NCBI RefSeq assembly: GCF_009914755.1 | Contig: NC_060925.1 | Direction: 5' to 3' (one strand) | Length of the DNA: 64,000 bases | Source: the human T2T-CHM13v2.0 reference genome, Homo sapiens | In this document: piece after piece, positions 28,313 through 41,635 of the stretch | Layout: every line of letters starts with the position of its first letter | How positions within the stretch are numbered: position 1 is the first letter of the stretch | Program-made: the position numbers and the translations under genes | Notes under the pieces: model-generated | Databases searched by the model: none | The model's input: the letters and a program-made list of their open reading frames with translations, nothing else | Told to the model about the DNA's origin: nothing

Positions 28313-29296
28313 TAATATCAACACATAAGAAGTAGAAATATGAGACATGCATCCCTATGGACTTTTGTAAAAACAGTTTATTGATCTAATTTTACATTTT
28401 TAATTTGATCTAAGTTATGAATTTAAATCTATTTGTGCATGATTACTAAAGAATTATTATTTAGCATCTACCACTAATCCTGTAACCTCTGTCAATTTTA
28501 ACTCTGGGTCTTAGAGATATAATATGAATAAATATGACCTCTAGATCCATGTTTTGCAACCAAAAACATAGTCTTTTCTTAATTATTCCTAGTAACGGAA
28601 GGGTAGAGAAGACTTGCTCTGGATTATACCAAGAGGTAAATCTAGAGATGATATGTACTAGTTGTCCATTCTTTCTTTGTTTCAAATTTACCAGTTAAAT
28701 AAAAGGAATGTATGAGAAGTGTTTTTAAATTTTAAATAGGACTATTAACAGCAATTGAATAGTTTTAGTCTTATTGAAGGCAGCTCTGCTTTTCTAAATA
28801 GTGAAACGTGGTGAGAGAAACTGTACCTATATCCAAAAGAATGGTTAACTTTTCCTCTGCCATCACTTGGTGGAGAAATCTAGAAAGGAGAACCTAACAA
28901 TAACCAGGCACAAATAGGAGAGAGGAAAAGGAAGGGGATAAGACACATGCTTCACTGGTTCCCAAATGGAATCATTGAAATATGGCTAACTTATAGAAGT
29001 GTTAAAATAAAAGATTTCTTTCAACTTTTCTCTCATTATCTTTCATAATTTAAATAATATGTAACTTCTTGATATTTTATAATCTAAATATCATTGTAGT
29101 TAACACATTTCTTTAAATACAGTTAACAAATAATGGGACAACAAAATGAGCACTAAAACTTTTACAAATGTGTATATATTGTAAAAGTAATACTCATTAT
29201 ACAAAATTTAGAAAATACAGAAAAACATAAACAAACAACCAAAAAAAAACCTATATGTAATCCCACCAACCTAGACGCAGCCTTTTTAAAAACATT

Positions 29297-29621
29297 CATA
29301 TATGTATGTACATATATGTATATATGTGTATATGTGTATATATATACACCACATATATGTGTATATATGTGTATATATATACACATATGTGTGGTGTGTG
29401 TGTATATATGTATATGTGTATATATACATATATATGCATATATATGTGTATACGCATATATGTATATATGTATATGTGTATATATACATATATGCGTATA
29501 TATACACATATATACGCATATGTATGCATATATATATGCGTATATATGCATATATGTATATATATGCGTATATATGCATATATGTATATATATGCATATA
29601 TATATATATATATACACACAC
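29297..29621. repeat. Compound (TA/TG/CA)n microsatellite, about 320 bp
   Basis: Nearly uninterrupted purine-pyrimidine alternation, abutting the tail of the adjacent L1. Confidence 0.95.
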
Positions 29622-31300
29622 ATTTTAGCTTTATTTTAGCTTTCATTTTAGGTTCAGGGATACATGTGAAGGTTGGTTACAGACGTAAACTCATGTCATG
29701 GGGGTTTGTTATACAGATTATTTCATCACTCAGGAATTAAGCCCAGTACCCATAGTTATCTTTTCTTATCCTCTCCCTCCTCCCTACCTCCACCCTCAAG
29801 TAGAATCCAGTATCTGTTTTTTCCTTCTTTGTCTTCATAAATTCTCATCATTTAGCTCCCACTTACAAGTGAAAACATGTGGTATTTGGTTTTCTGTTCT
29901 GCATTAGTTTGCTGAGGATGATAGCCTCCAGCTCCATCCATGTTCATGCAAAAGACATGATCTCATTCCTTTTTATAGCTGCATAGTATTCCGTAGTGTA
30001 TATGTACCACATTTTCTTTGTCTAGTCTACAATTGGTGGACATGTAGGTTGATTCCATGTCTTTGCTTTTGTGAATAGTGCCACAATGAATAAACAAATG
30101 CATGTGTCTTTATGATGAAATGATTTATAATCCTCTGGGTGTATACCCAGTAGTGGGATTGCTGGGTCGAATGGTAGTTCTGCTTTTAGCTCTTTGAGGA
30201 ATCTCCATACTGCTTTCCACAATGGTTGAACTAATTTACACTCCTACCAACAGTGTCTAAGTGTTCACTTTTCTCTGCAACCTTGCCAGCATCTGTTATT
30301 TTTTGACTATTTGTTTATTTATTTATTTATTTATTTATTTTCTGGAGATGGAGTCTTGCTCTGTCGCCCAGGCTGCAGTGCAGTGGCGTGATCTCGGTTC
30401 ACTACAACCTCTGCCTCCTGAGTTCAAGCGATTCTCGTGCTTCAGGCTCCCAAGTAGCTGGGACTACCGGCATGCACTACAACACCTGGTTAATTTTTGT
30501 ATTTTTTAGTAGAGACAGGGTTTCACCATATTGGTCAGGCTGGTCTTGAACTCCCGACCTCAAGTGGTGCACCCTCCTTGGCCTCTCAAAGTGCTGGGAT
30601 TACAGGGGTGAGCCACTATGCCTTCCATTTTTTTACTTTTTAGTAATAGCCATTCTGACTGGTGTGGAATGGTATCTCATTGTGGTTTTGACTTGCTTGC
30701 ATTTCTCTAATGATCGGTGATATTGAGCATTTTTTCATATCTTTGTTGGCCGCATGTATGTCTTGTTTTAGAAAGTGTCAGTTCATGTCCTTTGCCCACC
30801 TTTTCATGGGGTTGTTTGTTTCTTGTAAATTTGTTTAAGTTCCTCATAGATGCTGGATATTAGACCTTTGGCAGATGCATATGGTTTGCAAATATTTTCT
30901 CCCATTCTGTAGGTTGTCTGTTTACCGTTGATAGTTTCTTTTGCTGTGCAGAATCTCTTCAGTTTAATTAGATCCCACTTGACAGTGTTTGCTTTTGTTG
31001 GAATTGCTTTTGGTGTCTTTGTCATGAAACCTTTGTCCATTCTTATGTCCAGGGTGGCATTGCCTAGGTTGTCTTTCAAGGTTTTTATACTCCGGGGTTT
31101 TGCATTTAGGTCTTTAATCCATTTTGAGTTGATTTTTGTATATGGTATAAGGAAGGGATCTATCTTCAGTCTTTTGCATGTGGCTAGCCAGTTATCCCAG
31201 CACCATTTATTGAGTAGGGAAACTTTTCCCCATTGCTTGGTTTTGTCAGCTTTGTCAAAGATCGGGTGGTCGTAGGTGTATGGACTTATTTCTGGGTTGT
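29622..31300 (-). mobile_element. 5'-truncated older L1PA (3'UTR and ORF2 C-terminus)
   Basis: ORFs 30022-30222 and 30804-31370 translate to L1 ORF2 peptides ([17 protein letters not shown]; [14 protein letters not shown]). Confidence 0.93.
30308..30626 (-). mobile_element. AluS nested in L1, with (TTTA)n tail
   Basis: Reverse Alu; the L1 resumes on both sides. Confidence 0.93.
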
Positions 31301-31379
31301 CATAGTTGAAATCATAGTAAATATATATAGTCTTGTCTCTGACTTTTTTCACTTTTATAATAACAAGCATGCAAACATC

Positions 31380-31940
31380 ATTCTAATGGCTTGTTTGTAA
31401 ATGTACCATAAAATATGTAGCCACTCTTCTATCGTTGAGTGTTCAGGTTTTATTTTTGATTTTTTTATTATTATAAATAACTATGATAAACATCCTTATA
31501 CATAAAAGTTTTTTCCTTATTTTACATTATTTCCTTAGCATATATTCCCAGAAGTAGAATTACTGGGTCAAGGAATAGGAACATTTTTAAGGCTTTTGAT
31601 ACATATTGCCAAATTGCTTTCCAAAGTTATTATGCCATTTTACACTTCTACCATTAGTGTATTATAGTGCCTATTTCATAACACTATCACTGGGTATACT
31701 CATTTTTAAAATATTTACTGATTTCATAGGCAATAAATTGTATCTCATTGTTTTAATTCTCATGTTTTTTATTTATTTTTCAAATGGTTAATAGCCATTT
31801 GGTATTTCTTTATGTGTCTGTAAATTATTAGTTCATTTCCTTGGCCCATTTATCTATTGTAATTTAACATTTTTCTTATTGATGTGTTTTGATTTCTATA
31901 CCTTGGGTATTAACTTGTGTCTGACATATTTACTATAAAC
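31380..31940 (-). mobile_element. Ancient L1ME-like 3' fragment
   Basis: cccagaagtagaattactgggtcaagg...ttgccaaattgctttccaaa pattern. Confidence 0.65.
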
Positions 31941-33162
31941 ATTAGCACACAATTTAAACATATGAATCAAAAAGTTAAAGAGAGTTAATGCCTATTTCTA
32001 TTAAAAAACAAAGTGCTATTCCTGTTATACCACTCCTTCCCTTAAAAAGATATACACAGTATCAGGAAAAAAAAGAGAAAAAGAAAATCTCTATAGCGCT
32101 AAAGTATTATATTTTTGCTAGAATTTTGAAAACTAAGTAGTTTGTAAAGCTAAAATTTTGACAAAAGGGTGGAATGTGGTGAGTCGTGATGGTAGAGGGT
32201 ACCTCTGAGGGCAGAGCAATAGATCTGGGTAGAATTCAGCTTATTTCTCTTCATGACAGGTTTTTGGGGTTGTTAAAAAATCTCTTGTGTCAGTTGATAC
32301 TGACCATAGTTAATAAACTATATTAGCATGTTAATATGAAGATGTTATTCTTATTTATTTTCTTATGAATACTTACAAATTTTAATTTTAGTAAGCTTAA
32401 TATGAAAAAAACAAACATAACCTGTGATTTTTACATTTGGTTTGCAAAGCACTTTTTACACACGTTACTCCCTTTCATTTGATACAGTCCTCACAAAACT
32501 CTGTGAATTCATTTTTTTCCTGCATATCTTTTAGATATAGGAAGCAAGACAGTAGATAGCAGAAGTAAAGTATACCTAAATATTTACATGAATTGAATTT
32601 TACATTAAACTTTTTGCTTTCACAAAATCCTATGAAGCAGATGGGATTATCCCTAGCACATTCACCCTCCTAACTCCAAAAATATAGAGTATTTTGAAGT
32701 CAACTTCATTATTTACTATGTAGTCCAGTTTCTATTATTTTCTTTGAAAACTTTTGATCTTTCTAGGCATGCTGTGGAAAATCTGTTTCATAAGATTATG
32801 GACCTAGAGTGGGCCTTAAGAAGTAATGTGGTCTAACTGCCTTCCTGTTATTGAGCAAGAACTAAATTATACCAGTGAAATAAAGAAAATTTCATTGTCT
32901 ATAATATTCTTAATAATTTTAGGAAGAAGATTTAATACTCTTTCCTAATATCCAATTTCAGTATCTGGAAATCCTCTCCTTTGTTTAATTTAAATCTGAC
33001 CTGATACATTTGGTTCATTTTTAAATTCTGTCCTGAATAGCTGCTCAGCAATTGCTTTAAAAAAATTTTTATATGCTTCCAGATCATTTTGAAATTATCT
33101 TTGACTTCATTCTCTTTTGAGTAACTTAAGTAACAATTGACATTGGTGTTGGTTTATCTCAG

Positions 33163-33285
33163 GGCTACAATAAGGCAGTGGATTGGTGGGCATTAGGAGT
33201 GCTAATCTATGAAATGGCAGCTGGCTATCCCCCATTCTTTGCAGACCAACCAATTCAGATTTATGAAAAGATTGTTTCTGGAAAG
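33163..33285 (+). CDS. PRKACB: PRKACB exon 8 (123 nt; alphaF-alphaG)
   Basis: tatctcag|GGCTACAAT...GGAAAG|gtaagt; [41 protein letters not shown]. Confidence 0.99.
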
Positions 33286-34954
33286 GTAAGTAAAACATTT
33301 TATTATTCCTCTCTTATTACTGTATATGAATTTTAAGCTTCATGAATTGAAACTATATTGTGTCATAATTATTATTCTACATTGGGAAAAATATAGAAAA
33401 ATCTACAGTTGCTGCTCTTACTATCATAAGAATTGAATCATTTCAGTCTCTTAAGAAAAAAAGGGCAGTTTTATAAAGAAATTAACAAAACAGTAAAGCA
33501 ATTTCTGTATTTAGTATTTTTATCACAAAGAACAGGATCATAGCCATAATTCTCGATATTCCTTCAAATAAATAAAAATAGTTTATTATTTCATGTGTCT
33601 ATCTTCATGGAGAAAAGTTTTAGGGGCTGTTTTATATGCCCTTCCATTTTCAGGAGAGACTTCTTGTTTTAATTATGTCCAATACTATAACATTGGAAGT
33701 AAAAGTAAATATAAAATGAATAAGCCTTTTTCAGATGGAAATTTATAGAATTGATTTTAACAGAATTGTTCATATAGATTGTGATTATACTTGTCATTGG
33801 TTTTTAGCAAACATGGAAATAACATTAATTTTTCTTCAACATGAGTAGACTTACTGTGTTGTAGTATTTTACATTTTGTAAATTTCTTCATAAACCTTCC
33901 TTCTTTTGCACTTATAACCTCTAATTTGCTTTCAAGAGTGTTTTGTTTAGGGTCAGTCATTTGCTGTTGCCTTAGCTCAGACCTCGGATCTTTTTTTAAA
34001 AGACCATTGTCAATTCAATAGAAATGAGCTTGAATTTCCTACCATGCAGCAATGAAAGAATAGGCTTTTAAACATTCCCAGAAGGAGACCTTCTATACAT
34101 TAATGACAAAATATATGGGAAGGGATATTTTGCTTATTTTCCCTTCTTTCTATTTCTACATGTGGTACTGCTTTGTCTTTTCTTTTCTTTCCCACATAGT
34201 CCCATTTAGAATATGATCAGGAAATAGAGCATCAATCTTTATCACATTAGCCTGAGATGTTATAGAGTTGAGGTTTTTTTGTTTTATTTTTTATTTGTTT
34301 GCTTTGTATTTTGTGACCTTCTTAGGCAGAGATAAGCCGGAAGGAGATAGTAGAGGGAAGGTCTTTATTTCTTTGTATCTCAGCCATATTCAAGCTCTAC
34401 ATTTAGTGTGAAAGCTTACCCTTGGCATCTATCAACTTACAATTTCCATTGTTAACTATTCACAAGGTACCCTGAATGTCTCTAATGTGGTAATTTATTT
34501 TTTTTGCCAACACTCAAATTTAAATCATAGATGCTGCACAGCTGGGCTGTAGCAACAAGACATTTGCCAATAGAATTAGTCTATCCAATCACCTAGAACA
34601 TACATTTCAGCACAGTATTGTTCCCTATCTCATAGTACATATGCACTCTACCTGGGTCATGAGATTTTCCCTTGTATTTTGCCACGTTTTATGTAGAAAG
34701 TTTTATTATCAGTATTCACAAATTAGGAGACTGACTAAAGAATTTATACTCCAACTATGTCAAAGGTAAAAAAATAAATACCTCTTACAGATAAATAAAC
34801 CTAGCTAGGTGTTGAATGCTGTGCACTGATAAAGGCAATACAGAAAAGCAGAATGCAGTACTTATTTAAACAAGTATCAGTATCACTGCTGTTCTTCTTA
34901 CATTTGTAGATCTCTGGCTTCAGACTTCTTATCTTTGTAATTGTTTTCTCCCAG

Positions 34955-35915
34955 CAGAACTTTTGATATGAACAAAACAAAACTTTGAGAAAAATTAACA
35001 GACAAGGCAGTGATTTATTTTTGAAGAATTTGAGAAGTGTAGACTCTCAAGAGGACTAAAGGTCATATGAAGAATGATGAGAGAACCAAAATACATTAAA
35101 ATCACAAATGGAAGAAGAATATTTTACTAATACAAAAACTAAGAATGTAAATGTTATAATAATTGTTTCAAATCATTTAATTGACAGTAATTATAAAGTT
35201 CTTGAATCTTTACTATATTACTTTTATTTATATTCATATAAGAAATCCAATTTTCTAACAAGGATACTGTCATAACTAAATTTACATTTATTAAGAAAAA
35301 CTGCTTTAGTTAAAATTAATGTGTCTTCATTTTTATGCATTGGCCTCGATTTGCCAATCATTCTCTATTGGTTAAATTTTATATTCAGCTGTTTATGAAT
35401 ATATATTCATTTTATATCAAACTTTAAAATTTTGTATCTAATAATCAGCATATATTCTAAAATCATAACAGTCTAAATCCTGGGCACCTTAGAAGAATGA
35501 CACCAGAAAACCTTATTATATCACAATATTCTGTTTTCCCCTTCATTTATTTAGAAATATGACAGGATATTTGGTGTACTTTTGTTTTTTAACTAAAAGT
35601 ACCAGATTATCTCTCCCCATGTGGGATATAAAATTATCCCCATCTCTTACTCCCTTTACTCATCTAAAGTAGAAGTCATGAAAGTGGAATTTTTGCCATT
35701 AAAAGGCTCTGTATTATGTGAAGTTAGATTGTATTAACCATTTCCCAATAAATCATCTGTTTCAAAACTCAAATTCAAACTAGAATGTGTCTCTATTCAC
35801 ATTGCAAAAATATTATTGTCTCTCTGGTTAGTGGCTAAAAGCCAAATTGGAAACTAACTAGTTTTTTAAATTTTTTAAATTGTGCAAATTATTAAAAATC
35901 CAATTTGGTCTTATA
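34955..35915 (+). other. PRKACB: PRKACB alternative terminal exon in intron 8: (Q)NF-stop plus AU-rich 3'UTR
   Basis: ttgttttctccCAG|CAG|AAC TTT TGA (stop 34964-34966). AATAAA at 35747-35752 and ATTAAA at 35891-35896. Agrees with my recollection of a short isoform ending SGKNF. The 3' end is approximate. Confidence 0.75.
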
Positions 35916-36837
35916 TTTGTGGATCCTTATATTTATATTTGCATTTGAACTTTTAATGGTTTTAATGATATATCATTTAAGAATATGCTTTTCATTCAGA
36001 ATTGTTTTTGTTGATTTTAGAAGCATATTATTTTATGAAACAGCATCTTATATTGATTATATCCACCATTCTGAAGTCACGTTATAAAGATTATAGGTAT
36101 CAATGACTTATCAAAGTTAAATTTATTAATTAAGTGATAAATTCACTAAAGTACATATATATGAATATTAGATTGTAAAATACTTTCTCTATTACAATAT
36201 TTTAACTCAAGCTGGTATTTTTAAATGCACACAAAGATGATCAATCAACTTGTTAGATTCTCTCCTACACATATTTTGCCTTTAAAAAAACAGAGGAGGT
36301 GGTATTTAAATGTCACATTATTCATGCAATGTTAAGGTTTGAGTCTACAAATTCATAGTTGAAAGAAAAGATTTATGATTCCTGCATTAACTATGCCTCA
36401 TCCTAACAATACATATGCTGAGTTTCTGTATGTAGTCTTTAAATTTCATGTCTCAGTGTCATGTACTCCATGACAAGAATCAGTTATGGTCTCTATAGCA
36501 CCTTTGTCTGGCTGCGTTACCCATGGAAATATAGAAAGTTTATATTGCAGTCAAAAATTATACTTGCAAATAAGGTACTCAAGTAACAGCTACTATGGAA
36601 ACCATAACTTTAGAGCCCTTGGCTTATGTAATTTAAAAAAATTCTTAGCTTCAACATATCTAATGTAAATATTGTTCCACTCCTAATGAGTAACAATATA
36701 TAAGGAGACATGCAACATAGAGAAGTATAAACATAAGTATATACTGAATGATCAAAGAGTTGGTTAATTTTTCCTGAAGGGAAATTCAATATTTACTTGA
36801 AGGGTAATTGATTATCAGCCCAATTGCTATTCCTTTC

Positions 36838-37388
36838 TGTCTCAGGAGTCCCCAAGACTGTCTCCAGGTTTGATGATTCACCAGGAGGACTCAACAAGAT
36901 TCAGCATACAGTGGTACTTGAGGCTAAGATTTATTACAACAAAAGGGTACAAAGTGAAGATAGCAAAAGTCCAGAAGACACCAGGCACAAGCTTTCAAGA
37001 GTCCTCTCCCAGGGCATTCACAAGGGATGCACATAATTCCTTCAGCAACAAGCTGTGACAAGCGTGAAATTTTATCTACCAGCAACACTCATTAAATACT
37101 CAATGCCCAAAGTTTTCATTGGGGGTTGGTCACATATGCACCCTCTGCCTAGCACATGCCAAAATCCCAGCCTCCCAGAACAAAAGTAGTTGTTCAGAAT
37201 AAACTATGTTGTTTGTACCAACAGTGTAGGCACAGTGAGCCACTCTAATCCTTTAGGGAAAGTTTCATGTTGGTATAAGGGCACTGGTACTATTCAAGTT
37301 GCCAGACATCTCTCAAGGGCCAAACTTGTAAGCAGTTCTTTCTAAGGGTAGCAGTCTCAGGCCTACTATGTTAAGTCTTTTCTACACA
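36838..37388 (-). mobile_element. Solo LTR, MER68/MER77/MER21-like
   Basis: TG...CA ends, about 550 bp; minus strand starts tgtgtagaaaagacttaacatagtaggcctgagactgc; 5-bp TSD ctttc/cattc. Confidence 0.8.
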
Positions 37389-38311
37389 CATTCGGTTTCC
37401 TAAATAACATACACATATGCAGATATTCCACTATACTTTTTCTAAGATACTATTGTTAATGCTTTTGGGGAAATTACAATGTCATTTACTATTTTGCTAT
37501 GGCCATAGTTAAAGAGACTTAGAAGTATTCAGAAATCATTTTCATAAAACACAAAAGCAGTTTTACTCTTTTCATAAAACCCAGGGCCAGTTTTAAACAC
37601 TTCACTGTGGCTATTTAAAATTCTTATTAATACCTTCTTTCTGACAGCTCTTGTGGTCCTATGAGCAAATAATTGCAAAACTGGCTTCTTATGTGAGAGC
37701 AGGGGGAGGGAGAATGGGGTGGATCATAATCCTCTGCAACCTTGTAGACTCATTATATCTACCACTGTTTCTGCATAGGTAAGGGAACAGATTAGAGAGC
37801 CCACAGATGCAGTACCAATATTTATAAATATTTTTAATGTCTTAGCTCTTTCTTTTCACATATAGAATCCAGGCTGATTAAAGATGCCCAGGTCTTATGA
37901 GGTAGTGTGGAACTCGGCACCATATCTATAACATGCCTAGCGTATGAAAAGTTATTATGCCTGTTGAAAAATTGTCTAATGTGTATGTTCATTTTTGATC
38001 AATCAATTCTTTACTGGGATTGCAGATATTTTGAGAACTTACTGTACCTAATTTATAAATAATTTGTTAAAATTTATCTCAACATGCTCGTAGCCAGTAG
38101 TTAGTAGATTATTGCTTCTTGGCTGTATATAAACCCTTTTGAGTCATGTAAGCCTAATAATTTTATCCTGATTCATAAAAGATAATGTTACTAGTTAAAT
38201 GATCATTTCTCCTGCCAATAATTGCAGAATAGCAGTAAGATTTTTCCCTCCTTTCGAATATCAACTTTGTAATTTCTGTGATTAAGCTTAGTGTAAACAA
38301 ATTTGATTTGG

Positions 38312-38616
38312 CTTTATTTTATTTCATTTTCTTCTTATTCATTTTTATTTTTTACTTTTTTGAGATGGAATCTTGCTCTGTTGACCAGGCTGAAGTGCAG
38401 TGGCACAATCTTGGCCCGCTGCAGCCTCTGCCTCCTGGGTTCAAGTGATTCTCCTGCCTCAGCCTCCTGAGTAGCTGGGACTACAGGCATGTGCCACCAC
38501 GCCCGGCTAATTTTTGTGTTTTTAGTAGGGACAGGGTTTCACCATGTTGGCCAGGCTGGTTTTGAAATCCTGACCTCAAGTGATCCACCTGTCTTGGCGT
38601 CTCAAATTACTGGGAG
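38312..38616 (-). mobile_element. AluS, 5'-truncated
   Basis: Reverse Alu lacking the terminal ~25 nt. Confidence 0.92.
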
Positions 38617-39579
38617 TAGTAATTTGAAGTCAGTAAACTAGATAGTGAGTTTAAATCACTCAGTATGGATACCATGAACAACATGAATGGATTTACTTTT
38701 TGGTTGTAACTTCATCTTGAACTTTTAGAAGATAATAGTTATTTCTAAAACTCAAATGTACAAGACTTTATAATCAGTGCTGAAAGCAGAAAAAATATTC
38801 TGTTGAGTTTGCTCAATTCAGAGTGAATTTTATAGTTCGTTTAACATATTACATAATGTAATTTGACAGTAGTTTAGGATATCAGCCATATTGACAATGG
38901 TGTCTTTATAAAACAAATTTATAGTAAGACATTTTCTCCCTCACTTTATCAAACTTAGGACCTTAAGAAAAGATGAAAGTGTTTATTCTATAAATTAACA
39001 GGTGGAGCCTGAGACAAGATGAAAGGAGGAACTTCCTATACTTTCCCAATGACTTTTCTAGCACAGACTGTCCTTGGCGCATCTGTAAAAATAATGATAG
39101 ATATGGCTGTCTTCTACGTTCTTTCTTTAATTCAAAAATTCAGTTTCAGATCATTAAAATAGTATTCTAATGGGAAGGCTTAAAAAATAAAAACTGTGTT
39201 GAATTAATGTCTACAGAATACTAGGCATAATACAAGGCAGTTTCATGTTAAGTCACATAATTTCTTTTCATACCTGCCAGATGAGATATACTCTCATTGT
39301 TTTATAAATGAGGAAACTGAGACTCAGAAAAGTTTTCCCTAGATTGCAGAGCATGTATGTAAGTAGAGTTGGGATTGGAACCCAGGAATTCTTTCTACTA
39401 AAGAAATAGCTTGGTAGAATTTTTTAGGTGGCAAGGATGTTCACTTTTATTTCATTTAACTCTCTAGTCCTATATGTAGGTAAATCAAAACTCAGAATTA
39501 CCCAAAGACAAAAGGTAGTTTGTGGCAAAGCAGGAAATAGAAGAATCTAGTTCAGTGATTCATTTGTTATTCCTTCACT

Positions 39580-40500
39580 TGGCTTCAGTGACTTTGTATC
39601 ACTAATCATTCCCTCTCAATCTCCTTGGCTTGATCCCCTTCTCTTCTTTCTATGCACTTCCTCAATGGGTGGTTTCATCCAGTCTCATGACTCAGGACAA
39701 TTCCCAAACTCATTTTTCCAGTCCATACCTGATTCCCAAATTCCATACTCTTGTATCTAGTTTCTAACTTGAAATCTTCACTTGGATATCTGATACCTCA
39801 AATTCAACCTGTCTAAAACTGACAAGTTTTTGTCCTCTTTCCTACACTCCACCCACCCCCCTCCACGAAGCCTTCCCCATCTAAACTGATGGCAACTCCA
39901 CCCTTTCAGTTGGTCAGGCCAAGACACCTTCGAGTCCTCACTTCATATCTAATGCACAGGGAAACCATTTTTGCTTTGTCTTTAGAATTTACAGAATTCA
40001 GCCACTTCTTACCACATCCACTGCTGTCACTCTTAAGTGAGTCACTAGAGTGGTTCCTTAAAAATGTTAAATAATATCCTATTATTCTTTTCAAAACCTT
40101 GCAAGGATTCCCCGTTTTCTTCAGAGTAAAAGTCGAAGACCTTACTATGCAAAGTTTCATGAAAAAGATAGGATAACATTGTTAAAGGATCACTCGGTTG
40201 CTAAGTTTTAATTGTCTTCCTCACTAGAATGTAAACTCCATGAAGGCAGAAATCTTCATCTTATTTTGTTTACTTATATAATCCAAGCACAAATTCCTGA
40301 GATATATTAGTAAGCACATAGTACTTGCTTAATTCAAGCATAACACATAGTAGAGGTTCAATCAATATTTGTTGAATTTCAATTCATGCATTCATTAAAT
40401 ATTTATGAAGCTCCTAGTATGTGCCAGACCAGTTCTACATGCTGGATACAGCAAGTCAGTTGTGGTCTCTGCCTTCATGAAGCTTTCATGAAGTGTACTC
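39580..40500. mobile_element. L2 LINE fragments
   Basis: cactagaatgtaaactccatgaaggcaga...caatatttgttgaat is a typical L2 3' end; pyrimidine-rich L2 body upstream. Confidence 0.65.
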
Positions 40501-41603
40501 TATCTTTGGTATCTCTCCAGAGACATACTGACTCAAGAGGCCTTCTGTGGATTCAAAACTTTTTTTAAGTATCACAAGTGATTCTGATAAACACCATGTG
40601 TTGAGAGCTTGTTTTGTGTATCTGTACCTCACTGGGGAATTAGATTTATTCTCAAGAAAATATAATTAGAAAAATCAGAAGTAATATGGTCTCTAATGGT
40701 TGGAAAACAATCCTAAACAATAAATAATATTGAAGAAAAAATATTAAAGAAAACACGTTGGGAAGTGTATATATCACAAACACCTCTTTTATGTTGTACA
40801 AACACCTCTTCCATGTTAAATGATGCCAGTTTCCCATAACCTTATCTCTCAGACCTAATGGCTTAATGATTTTAGACTTTCTCTTTTCAATATCTGACTC
40901 TTTACATTTACTTTCACATTATTTGCCTATCTTGGACTGGCAGAAAGCTCATAGGTATATGTCAGGAAGATTAGGTTATTTTCCCAATAATTCTACTAAC
41001 GGAGTTGGTAGCCTCACAGGAGCTCAGATTCCTTATCTTTAAAATGAGAGTTTAGACTCAATTAAACTAAGCTCCCTCTAGCTCCAATATTAGAAGATTC
41101 TCATTTCACTTTCTATAGTAGTTATAATTGATAATGATAAAAGTAATACCCTTTTGATATAGTTTTAAAGGAAAAATTAGATAGTCGCTCTTCCCATCAT
41201 AGAAATCTTTAGTGTCTCCAGGTTGATGTATTACAAATAAAGGTTGTACACTTAAAACAATTTTGTTGAAGTTATTTTCTGTTTTTCACTAATTCCAGTT
41301 TGATAAATCAACATGACTCTTTGAAAAGTTCAGTCAACAAGGAAATTACATTTCAGGTTAAATTTCAGAATAATCATGGGAAAAAATACTTTCACAATGA
41401 CTTTCATTATTTCTCCCCCAAAATACTTTAAATATGTGATGGATTCCCATTATTAACATGAACCACTATGAGAGTGTGGGCTACCTATGAGAATCTCTGG
41501 GGAAGAGGGTGTGATATGGAGGTGAGGAGGATATGTCTATGATTTGAAAAGGTTCCCAAATCGTTCTGATATCTGCTGTCACAACCCACCACCACTCCAC
41601 TGT

Positions 41604-41632
<29 letters not shown>
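41604..41632. repeat. (CA)14 microsatellite
   Basis: Read directly. Confidence 0.95.

Positions 41633-41635
<3 letters not shown>

Noticed and set aside
29162-29740. Six overlapping 107-153 aa ORFs rich in Y, I, C, H
   Set aside because: Artefact of the TA/TG/CA microsatellite, which has almost no stop codons in any frame.
33107-33298. 63-aa minus-strand ORF
   Set aside because: Antisense shadow of PRKACB exon 8.
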